Source: Geosiphon pyriformis uo1
Lineage: Eukaryota; Fungi; Glomeromycota
Direction: 5' to 3'
Assembly: GCA_016748015.1 (NCBI GenBank)
Contig: JAAOMT010000522.1
Location: 1,374 to 65,373, forward strand
Length of the DNA stretch: 64,000 nucleotides
The position numbers and the translations under genes are program-made. Below, piece after piece: positions 52,248 through 63,398 of this stretch. Within the stretch, counting starts at the first letter, position 1. Each line of letters opens with the position of its first letter. The notes under the pieces were generated by a model. It saw nothing but the letters and a program-made list of their open reading frames with translations. It did not search any database and was not told the origin of the DNA.

Positions 52248-54126
52248 TAATGCTGAAGATGCACCAAAGAACCCGAATTTATGCACAACAGATTTAACTT
52301 CCCCAAAATAGAGCCAATAGAAATCTCAAAAGCCATTATCTTAGATTTGAAACTACCAACTTTAGAGGTAAAAACTTTTGAACTGCTCAGACCCAAATTC
52401 ACTACTTTTTCTTTTAATACTGAAGAAAAAAGAGAAAGAGATGGCTGTGAGACATCTAAAACCATATCAGTATTTGGTGATGCCAATGTAGAAATTGGAA
52501 TGACTGGAAGTACAACTTGAATAATAGGCACCAGAAGCATCAGCTTTACACCATTTAATCTACACATAATATCTGATATCTGATTAGCTAGTAACTCTAA
52601 GGAACATTTCAGTAAAGCTAAATGGTCATTGATTGAGGAATTGTTTTGAACAACCAGTGTGCTTTCCATAATACTTAAAGAACCAGAAAAAAAAGAACCA
52701 GATCCAGAACCAGAATCGAAATGAAGACTACTAGAAAGAGAAGCAAGTGAGACCACTTGTGCCCAAAATTTGCCACCAAAAGCAGCTGGTTTAGAAATAG
52801 AAACACATTTTTTAGCATACAATTTTGCCAATTAGAGATGATGGTCTTCTGAAAGAACTTTTTTAACAGGTTTTGAGGGCTCAGAAATGGACAGAGTTGG
52901 TACATCACACTCCAAAGCAGAATAACCAAAATGCCCACACTTTACATAGTGAACCAAGTTCAATCTAGTCCAAGATAATTTAACATTACCAAATATCAGC
53001 TCAGTGTGATAAGCAGACTCCAAATTCTCCTCAGATTTGAAACCAACCATAATACAGTGTACTTGGTTGCCAAAATCCATTGAGCAATTAATAATGCAGG
53101 TTCTCTCACCAGTTCCATCCAAAAGAGTGCCTAAATTATGAGCAGTTGTTTCCACTGGTAAAGTAAACAGCAATGCTCTAAACCTATTTCTTGACACCTA
53201 AGTCTCACAATTACCTACAGCCATGGCCATATGCACCAAATTTTTACCAATTAAAAAAGACTATTTAGTAGCCAATTGTTTAATCTGATCTAATTCAGCA
53301 AATTTTACTACAACTTTTTGTCATAATCTAATAAGTTGAATTTTGATCAACTTAATTTCACCAAACTCGGCTAATGCAGTGACAATCATTTCCTTTGGAG
53401 TGTCTATAAGAATTTTCTTGATAACCACAGCCCGATTTGAACAAATTTTTTGTCTTTTAAGATTGCTGTTTATGTTGATCTCTTTTTCTTTGGCCAATAA
53501 AATGGCCCTATTTATGCTTTCTTCAGAAGTGAAAGTAGATCTGATAATCCCTTCAAATTTTGAGGGAGTAGTGCCCCTCCAAAACCATTGACTGATGAAA
53601 ATATTTTTCTAATGAGTTGGGTTTTTGCTGTAACAAATTTGCCATTTACTGCCAAAAGATTAATATCCAAAGCAAAAAACTTCCTGACTGACACTTCCAC
53701 TGGGACTTTAATAATTTTTAGATCAATCCACTTTTTTTTCAAAGAGATAGACAAGTGAAGAGGAAGCATAATTTCATCATTATCTATAGTAAAATCAAGA
53801 GAGCCAAGTGGAAACCCAAAAACTGTACCAATATTGATATGTTTTGTTTTGGGAATGGTTGCAGCCGAACCCAAAAGAGACCCATTATTTACACCAGTCA
53901 TGCCAACATCCTTATCATCACCAGACAGACTATCTACATTAGAATACATACTATTACCAGACACAGATTTACTTAAAGAAATATTCTTTTCATTACCAGA
54001 GTGTTTAATATTCTCAAGAACTATTTTTTTTTTTTGAGCAAAAAAACCACTAGCAGGACCATGGAAAGCACCTTTGGATGTCTTCTTTTTTGACATATCA
54101 CCATCTGAAGCAGCCTTTAAATCCAT
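52244..54126 (-). pseudogene. LINE copy 4 ORF1
   Basis: 'MDLKAASDGDMSKKK', 'FRALLFTLPVETTAHNLG', and knuckle 'YVKCGHFGYSALEC'. Confidence 0.92.
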
Positions 54127-54536
54127 GATGAAAGAGTTATTATTTAAAAAATATTGAAAAAACTAACAAGAAAAAATAAAAAACTTTTTTTTTAGAAAAT
54201 GTACTTTTTAAAGATTTTTGAAGATAAGAGAGAAAAAAATTTTTTATTGTTTTTTTTAATGATTAAATCATATAATACACTAAGCTATATGATATTAAAA
54301 ATTTTCTAAAATATTTAATAATTTACCAAAATAATTTATAATTTACAGAAATAATTTATAATTTAATGAAATATATTTTTAATTTACCAAAATATTAAGA
54401 AAAAAAAAGTGCAAAATTATAGAATAGTATTATAAGTTGTATAAAAAAAGAGCTTTTTTTTAAAAGAATATATCTTAATTAAAATTAATTTTAATAAAAA
54501 CTTATTTTAAAAACATAAAAATTCTTAAATATTTTT

Positions 54537-56782
54537 TTATTAAAATTTAATAAACACAGCCCAACTACTATTTAAAAATTAGGAACAAACTAAAAATTTC
54601 AGTGTTAAATATAATTCATATGCTTTTTACATATAATTAACTACTTAAGCCAGTTTAAACTATACTATATTAATATAACAAAAGAAAACTTACTCAAAAA
54701 CAACATTTTTTGAATAATATTAAACAAGATAACACTACAAATAACCAATCTAACCAGTTATTTGGCTGTTTTTAAGGAGTTAGTTTTAATCTTAATAGGC
54801 TCATATTTTCAAAAAAAAATTAAGTTAGAAAATATATTATTATTTATATTAATTAAATACTTTAAATTATTAAACATATTAATATTTTTTATGCAATACT
54901 TTTTTTTTAAAAAAACTACTTCTCTTTTCAACTTACTAATAATCTTGCTAAATGAATTATAAATTTATTAATCTTGAGATTAAGAACACTGCTTAATGTA
55001 AAATTATACTTAATAAAGTATTCAAATACAATAACTAATACATTAACAGGCTTAATAATAAACTTAACCAGAATTAACAACTTAATCAAATTGAATTTCA
55101 AAGATATTAGCTGAAAAGAAATCAAAAAATTACTAACAACTACAAAAGAAGAAATAAAAACCACCAAAAAAAGAAACTTAAAAAGATTTAAAGAAGCAAA
55201 AACTTTAATATAAGAAATATTACTCACAAAATATGGTTTAAATATCTTGAAAGTCTTAGAAAAAAAAGACAGAGAAACTTTACAGTTCACAATTAGATGA
55301 TCTATTTTTTGATATTTAAAACAATACTAACAACCAGAAGTTTTTTATCAAATATGTTACTTTTTTAATACACTAGTTTTGACAACTGCAAAGTTTAAGT
55401 CAACTTAAGATTTAAATGTAATCAAAGCAAATCAAAAATAATAATCAAAATTTAAAAAACAAAAAATAAAACACATTTGGCTACCAACTTAGAGAATCAT
55501 ATTATTAATCTCAAAAACAATGCAACCAAAAGAAAATTGACCAATTTAGTTTTAAATCTATCTTAAAACAAAATTGTCTTTTTTTAATTTACAAAAAAAA
55601 GAATCCAAATATTATTTGTGTTCACTAAAACTAACTAGTAATTGAAAACAGATACAACAGCACAAAATTCCTTAAAGTAAACAATTATGTATTGCAAAAC
55701 ACCAACAGACTTCAGCACAACATAAAAAACAACACCAAAAACACCAAAAGCTGTCTTAATATTAATAGTAAACATACTTAAAAGCATATTACACAATACA
55801 ATAGTAGCAGAAAAAAACCAGATTAAGAAACCACTAAAAACTTGACAATTTTAAGAGTGACCAGACAAACAAAGCTTGTAAGCTTAATTAAAAACATAGT
55901 ATTCAGAAAACTTTAAAAAGCAAACTCTGTACAGAAGAGCTTTATATTGTTTTTAAAAACAAACTTCACATTTAAAAAACCATGTATAGACTAAAAAACA
56001 ATCTTAATATAAACCAATTTGATATTAAAAATAGTATTAAATATCAAAATAAAGATCATCTATTTAATAAATTTTTGATAATTAGTAATAACACCAAAAA
56101 CCAAAAAAAATAATAATAATTCAGTTTTTATTTAATTAGCTCAGTTCTTAAAAACAAGTGACTTAACAGAAAACTGTTGTTTTGTTTCTAAAACTGACAA
56201 AAATTTACTAGAAACTCTATATTTGACAATACAGTTAATAATTGATTTTGGTTTATTTTGAATAATAGATTGATTAATACAACAGAGATTTTATCCAAAA
56301 TCTTATTAAAAATCACAAAGAAGTTTATATAACAATAATAAAAACAAATAATTGCCTCTACTTTTTTGAATCTTGGGTCTTTTTAACTATTTTATTAAAA
56401 GAGGTAGTGTTAACAACACTAAGTATAAAAATTATAAAAGAAAAGATTAACTTGTTAACTAGTTTATTATTAAAAATTTTTGAGCTCTTAGAGGAAATAA
56501 AAACAACACTAAAACTAATTTAAGTGTGTTTTTTTAAAAAAATTTTGATTGGTAAATAACTAATTAAAGATGAAAAAATATTTAACAGTTACTAAAAACA
56601 GCTTTTTACTAATATCTTTTAAAAAATATAATCAAAATATTATGTTTAGTTGCTTTAATAAAAAAAAACTTTTTTATGTTAAAATTTTATTAGTTATTAT
56701 AAAAAAAGTATTATTTGTAGCTTTTTTACTTTTTGTTTTAGTTATGGTTATAAAATTAAGAAAACAAAGAATTTTTAATTTT
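54537..56782 (-). mobile_element. ORF1-only non-LTR retroelement (HAL1/'half-L1'-like), about 2.25 kb
   Basis: Exact 15-bp TSD ttcttaaatattttt (54522-54536 and 56783-56797), a short A tail, a 3' UTR colinear with LINE copies 2-4, and a single decayed ORF with no EN or RT. Confidence 0.82.
54665..56390 (-). pseudogene. ORF1-like protein of the ORF1-only element (about 575 codons): RRM-like, CCHC and coiled coil
   Basis: 'FALITFKS*VDLNFAVVK' followed by knuckle remnant 'CxKYQKIDHLIVNCKV' near 55280-55330 and heptad segment 'LISLKFNLIKLLILVKFIIKPV'. Stop TAG at 54667-54665. The start is approximate. Confidence 0.7.
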
Positions 56783-59032
56783 TTCTTAAATATTTTTGTT
56801 TCAAAATTAATTATTTTATATTAATATTTTGAAATTAATTAATTAACTTTTAAGCCTGAATTTAAAAAGACTTTTTTAATACATTTTTTTATTTTTATTT
56901 TTTTTAATTTATTTTTTTTATATTATTAAGTAGTTTATAGTTAAAATTTTTTATGAAAAAATTAATTTTTACAATAAAATAACTATATATATTTTAAAAA
57001 ATTTACAAATAAAATTTTTTTGTAAAAGAATTAATTTTTATTGCAAAGTAATTATACAAATAATTAATACAGAATTGATTATTCTCTTATAAGTCTAACA
57101 GCATAAATAGTTTAAAATATAAATACTTTAAAAAAAAATTAACTTATTGAAAATTTATTAAGTTCTATTAATATCAAAATTACTAGCAAAATAATATTAA
57201 CTATATTTAGAAAAGAATAGAAAAATTTCCAATAATATTTAATACTTTCTTAAAAATAATACAACAATAATTAAATTAAAGTAGTAATTATATCAGATAT
57301 AACAACTCTAAAGTATTATTAATCAATTTATATCTACAGTAAATAATGATTTAGAAACCAAAATAAAATTATAACTTTTAAAAAAAATTTTTTTTAATAT
57401 ATTAAAAACAACAATATCACAAAAATTTAATTTATTATTCAAACAAAGATCTAAAAGTTATTAATGCTAATACTTATACTATTTATTTTAAAAAACTTAA
57501 TTACAATATTATCAAGTTTTGTAAAGAAAGATATTTTATTAATTTACAATTTGTTTTTAAACTTAAATTTCAATTTGAAATTAACAACAAAGACAAAAAA
57601 ACACTTAACCAGTTTATACAATTTTTAATACATTAAAAACAAATTTTTTAATATTTACAAATACTTAAACAAGAAATCAATTTTAAATTACTATTTTTAA
57701 TTACATTTTTCTCAGCTTTGTTTGTTCAAATACAAATATCTAATTTATTTTTTAACTAATTTTTAAGACCAAAAAACTTTATCAAAAATTTAAATTAACA
57801 GTCAAAACTAATTTAATCTAGTACTAATCTTCTTGATTATTTAACAGAAAACTAAAATAAATATTTAGAAATATTAATTTACAAAAAAAACATTTTTGAA
57901 TTTATTGAAAAAAAAATAAAACATAAAAAAAATTATAAATGATAAAATAATAAAGAAATGACTACTTATATTGCAAAAATTTTTAAATTCTCTAAAAAAA
58001 ACATTAAACCAGTTCTTAAAAGTGGCTTGACCAAGTTACTAAAGCAAAAAACACAAATAAATAAAATATAATAAAAATATTAAGAACAATTCTTCATTTT
58101 TTTAAAAATATTTTGGCAAATAATTCAAAAACTTGGCTGCTTTTTTTGCAAAATATTCAATTTTTAAAACTGCTTTTTTTAAACAGTTTATAAACAATAA
58201 TAATTTAATTATTCTTCAAAACAATTTTTGAAACATTAAATAAAAACTATTAAAATCTATTATAATTTATATTAAAAAGTTTAACAAATTTTTTAAAAAA
58301 ATTTATTAGCTTAAAATAAATACTTGCTATTCTAATTTTTAAAATTTGAATTAACTTATTACCAATTTAAAGAATAAATTAATCAAAAAAATTTATTTAC
58401 ATGCTTTAACAGATTTAAATACTACTATTTAACATATTAAAAATTATAAAATAGTTATGAAAAAAATATAATTGCCAAAAAATACAAAAAAACCAATAAA
58501 AACAGAATAATAAACATTATTTTTTTCAATAACAATAATTTTATAATTCATTATTATTTATTTACTATTCTTTAAAATCTTAGTCTACTTATTATCAGTT
58601 TATTTTATAATAACTATAATAATATTATTAATTATTTTTAAATTAAAATTATTAACCATTAGCAAAAAAATTAGTTTAACTTAACCAATTTACTTTTCAA
58701 AATTGTTTTTAAATTAATAGTAGCAAATTTAATTTCAATAATCAATTAGTATTTTATAATAACAATTAATAGCTATTTAGATATTTTTATATTTAATAAG
58801 TTATTTTATAATACTAAAAGATTAGAATTTTTATTATATTGTACTTTAAAAAGATAGAACTATAGCATAATTACAAAACTTTATTTTTTAATTACACAAT
58901 AATTTTACTAACAAAAATAGCCAAAAATGCCAATATTTTAGATATATTTTTATTTGAATTTAAAGCAAATAAATTATTGTTCTTATTTAGCAATATAACA
59001 ACTTCTTAAAAAAAGTTATTACAATAATATAT

Positions 59033-62000
59033 TATTACAAATTAGAATAACAAGCTAACAGATAAAAAGAAAGAACAAAATTATAGGATAATAAAAATAA
59101 TTAAAAAAAAATTACAATAAAAAAACAAATTATAGAAGTAAATAATTACTTCTTAAATTAATTCTAATAATACAAACTAAAAAAAAATAAGATATGTAAA
59201 TACTAACAAGTAATTTTTTATTCTAAAATATTCAAATACTTAAAAATAGAAAAAAAAAGAATAAGTAATATTAAATAAAGTTATTAATAATAAGTTTTAT
59301 TTTATTACTTTAATCATGTTTTTTTATAGCTAAAAGACTTATTGCTTATATAGCTATTAAAAATAGTTAACAACTAAATTAGTAACTAAGTCAATAATCA
59401 AATTAATAATCAAATTAATGATTAAATTAATAGTTAGATTATTAATCTGATTAATAATTACTATTTAAAAATAGAGTAATTAATTATATAATATTAGTGA
59501 CTAATACATATAATAACCAATAAAAACTATAAATTTTAATCATAATATTATTCTTTTCAAAAAAATTAAGCTCTAGTAAAATTAAGTAATTTATAAGATA
59601 TTCTAACTATAAAAATTTGTTTAACTCAAAACTAACTAGTTTGTTAAAGTTTTTTGTAAATAGAGTATATAATATCTAAAATAAAATAAGTTTTATGTTT
59701 AAGAAACTAAATTTTTATATAAAAATTTTGGCTTTTTTTGTAATAATTAAAACTTTGAAAATATCTAACTATATAATACTTATAATTTTCATCTGTATTT
59801 TAAAATTTGTTTTTTTATAAGCTTTATATTTTCTATAATTTCATTAAGTAATTATAAAACTTTAGTTGTTTTCTATATAATAGGTTTTTATTTATGAAAA
59901 AAATATGTTTACAATTATGTTTTTAAACATATATTTATCTATTTTACTGTTAATTTTTTCTTTTCTGGTAGTGGTTTTTTTTGGTTTAATAACAGTATAT
60001 GTCTTATTATTATCAATTACAATAATCTGTTTTTCAATTATTAATATAGTGTTTGAATAATTTTTAATTTAATACTTATAAAAAATATAAAAAATGGTTT
60101 AAATATTTTAATTCAAGAAATTATTATTTATATTGATTAAAGATATTTTTGTTTTGGAAATAATATATTTATTAAATCTGATTTTTATTAATTATTTGAA
60201 TTAATATTACTACAACAAATAACTAATCAAATTATTTGTGATATTTTGTAAGTTGTATATTATAAACAGAACAATTATTAAAGATTGTTTTATAATAATT
60301 TTATAAGATATAAAAACTATTGTTCAAAATTTTGTTGACTATAAAAAGTTTTTTTTATTGGCTAAAAAATTTATTATTATAAATATTGTCTTTGTTTAAA
60401 CAGTATTTTAAAATTAAGTTACCAACACTTAAAAAAAGTGGTTTATAAATTTTTTTTAAGCTTCTTTTGGAACTGTTTTATTTTTTCAAAAACAATTATT
60501 TATGTTTCTATCAATAAATTAAGAATAGTATCAAGTCTTTTTTGCAAAATGTCTTTGTAATTTTCTATTGTGATTTTTTTAAAAAGTATTGTTTTAATAT
60601 CTGTTTCTATTAATAAAATTGTCATTTATTTATAGAACAGATAAAAAGATTCATAATTTATTATGTTATAATTTATAGTTTTATAAGCAAATAAGACTAA
60701 AAACAATATTTTGTTCTATAAGTTTGTTTTTTTACTAATTTTAGTTAAAATTTTATATAATGTTCTATTAAAATATTTTACTAAGTTATTTGATTAAAAA
60801 TAAAAAAAAATTTTATAATATTATTACTAAAAGTTTTTAGTCTCTTTCCTTAAATATTATTAATATCTGTTTGTTATGAATTTATATTTTTTAAAAGTAG
60901 CTGAATTTTTGATAACTAAATTTATCATCAAATTATTTTTTATAATTTAAACTGCTAGTTTTATAAATGAAATGGCCAATTTTATGTCAGTTATTTTATG
61001 TAGTTATTTTATAATAAAAGTCTATTTTTTCTTAAAAATTGTTTATCTAGAAGCTTACTAAAATGTGTAATTATTTTTATTGTAAAAATTAACTCTTTTC
61101 TAAAAATTGCTTATTTGGAAGCTTACTATAAAAATCAATTTTTTTACTTCAATAATTATATCAAAAAAAGTAAAAAAATATAAAAAAATATAAAAGAAAT
61201 AGAATTCTGTTAAAAAAATTATTTTCTGTTTAGGTTTAGAGTTATTAATAAATTACTAAAATTGGTAATTAATTAATTTCAAAATGTTAGTTAAAATTTT
61301 GGTAATACTTTAAGTGCAATTAATTAATAAATTTTGTATTTTTTAAATATTTGGTTTTTATTTAATTTATACTAAAAACTTATTATAAGAAAAAATAATT
61401 TTAAGATAAAAAAAATATATTTTTTTGAAAAGAAAAGCTCTTCTTTTATACAACTTGTTATAATACTAATCTATAAATTTAAACTTTTTTCTTTGCTATA
61501 ATTTTAACAAACTAAAAATACATTTCAATAAACTATAAATTGTTTCTGCAAATTATAAACAATTTTGGTAAATTATTAAGATATTTTATAAATTTCCACA
61601 AATTTTAGTAAATTCTTTGAATATTATAGAGTTTGTAGTATTGCATAATCTGATTATTACAATTGTGTATTATATAAATTGGATTATTAATTAAATAATA
61701 AGTAATAATTGAAATAATAATAATATATGCTAATTAATAATAAAAATTATAAAGATAATTTCATGATAATTAATGTCTAAAATTCTATTAGTAATAATAT
61801 ATTCTTATTTTTTTACAAAGTTTTTTAATTAGTATACTAAAAAAAGCTTTTTTCCTATTAAATAAAAATTTTTTTGAGCAATCATAATAATAAATAATAT
61901 TTTTATAAATAAAATTGGCTATAAAGACTGTTGTTTAGTCTGAAATAGTTTTTATTTTTATTCACTTTATAAAATAATTAGTAATTGGAATAATATATTT

Positions 62001-63050
62001 GTTATTAACAAGTATTATTAAAGATTTAATAATATTTATACCAATTCTATTAAATAATTAATCAACAAAAATTAGATAAATATTTTTTGTACAATTGAAG
62101 ATTTTTTTTGGAAAATATTACAAGTTTTAATGTAATTAGCAATGTTTTTTCTTAAGATAAACTAATAATAACAAGTAAGTATTTCTGAATTGTTTTTGTT
62201 TTTTTAAAGTATCTAATTAATAGATTAATATACATATTATAAATTATAATTTCTTTTTTTTTAAGTTTAATAACTTTTAAAAAAGTATTTAACAATAATA
62301 TTAATAAATAATTTACTGTTTAAGATTAAATTAATAAAATAATTAATTATTTAGGTTTTACAAATCAAAAGAATAATAATAATATTATTAATAAATCTAA
62401 CTTAATAAGAATATTTATTGTTTTTTAGTGTTTTTTAAAATTAAAAATTTGTGAAAATTTTTTTTAAACAATAAATAGATTATTAATTAAGATTTTTATA
62501 AAATTTTTAATAATAGAATAAGAACTAAATTTTTATATTATTTTTGAAAATTTTAACTTTGGAAAATTTTTTAAAACTTTAGTTTTTAGTAATTTATTAT
62601 TATTAAAGTAAAAGTTAAAAATTAATCTTGGTTTTTTTATTTTATTTGTAAATTTAGAAGAATTAATAACTAGTTTATTTATATTATAGTTATTATTAGT
62701 TAAGTTAAAATTATAAAAATGATTTTTTTTTAATTGGATTGTATTTTAATTATTTGAAAGTATACTTATTAGTTTAAAGATTAATAAACAGTATATTTAA
62801 ATAAAAATTTTATTCAAAAAAATTAATGTTATAATAATTAAGTTTTTAATTAAGAGTATTATTGTTATTAAATCTATTGTTTTAATTATTATTAATTTAA
62901 AAACTAGTGAAAATAAGAAAAAATTATTGCAATTTCTTAAAAAATATCTAGTTAATTAATAATTATATACAAGTAAACTATAATTTTGTTGTTTATAATA
63001 AAACAATTTTTAAGATTAATTAAAACAAGATTTAAATTTGGATTTTTAAA
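59033..63050 (-). mobile_element. Second gypsy A copy (minus strand), internally deleted and 5'-truncated by the telomere
   Basis: 3' LTR at 59033-59547 (reverse complement resembles 10701-11378). 59548-60821 and 61797-62000 match the integrase and 3' region. About 62000-63050 matches the gag-protease region, ending at the equivalent of about 5700. No RT or RNase H was recognised. Confidence 0.85.
60822..61796 (-). repeat. Solo LTR of gypsy B
   Basis: Reverse complement matches 11757-12707. Flanked by a 4-bp TSD ATAT (60818-60821 and 61797-61800). The host integrase sequence is continuous across it. Confidence 0.88.
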
Positions 63051-63063
63051 GATAAGATTAAAC

Positions 63064-63398
63064 ATAAAAATAAGAATAAAAATAGAGATAAAAATAGAAA
63101 TAAGAATAAAAATATAGATAGAAATAAGAATAAAGATAAAAATAAAAATAAAGATAAAAATAAGTATAAGTATAAAAATACGAATAAAGATAAGGATAAG
63201 AATAGGTATAAAGATAAAAATAGAAATAAAGATAGGAATAGGTATAAAGATAAAAAAAAAATAGAGATAAGAATAGATATAGGTATAAAGATAAAAATAA
63301 AAATAGAGATAAGAATAGGTATAAAAATAAAAATAGAGATAGAGATAAGAATAAGAATAAAGATAAGGATAGAAATAGAGATAAAAATAAGAATAGGA
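63064..63398 (+). repeat. Degenerate telomeric hexamer zone (ATAAAA, ATAAGA, ATAGAG, ATAAAG, ATAGGT...)
   Basis: About 55 hexamer units of form ATAnnn, mostly in register, leading directly into the ATAGGG array. Confidence 0.85.

Larger units (their letters stand above)
47441..54237 (-). mobile_element. L1/Tx1-like LINE copy 4, full length, decayed, nested in a gypsy B LTR
   Basis: ORF1, ORF2 and 3' UTR. TSD-like aattttttatt(a/g)tt near 47428 and 54238. Confidence 0.93.
47360..59032 (+). mobile_element. Second, extremely decayed gypsy B copy; LTR split into 47360-47441, 54252-54536 and 56783-57237, followed by a gag remnant
   Basis: The pieces align in order with LTR 11757-12707 (tattatcagttgaaattt..., gtataaaaaaagagcttttttt, ...ccaataatatttaatactttc). 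Gag remnant near 57958 (atgactacttatattgca). Ends at the gypsy A insertion near the protease start. Confidence 0.75.

Noticed and set aside
38169-54037. Short plus-strand ORFs over LINE copies 3 and 4 (e.g. 50944-51411, 51131-51496, 40325-40555)
   Set aside because: Antisense or off-frame shadows of LINE ORFs, not conserved in position between copies.
24108-56782. HeT-A/TART-like telomere-maintaining retrotransposon array
   Set aside because: The orientation fits, but each element has its own TSD, sits inside other repeats 7-40 kb from the end, and is not flanked by telomeric repeats. A telomerase-type array is present.
1-63050. Alternative genetic code suggested by many in-frame TAA/TAG/TGA
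   Set aside because: Stops fall at Trp, Gln and Arg positions alike, differ between copies, and come with missense transitions in catalytic motifs and with frameshifts. This is mutation, not recoding.
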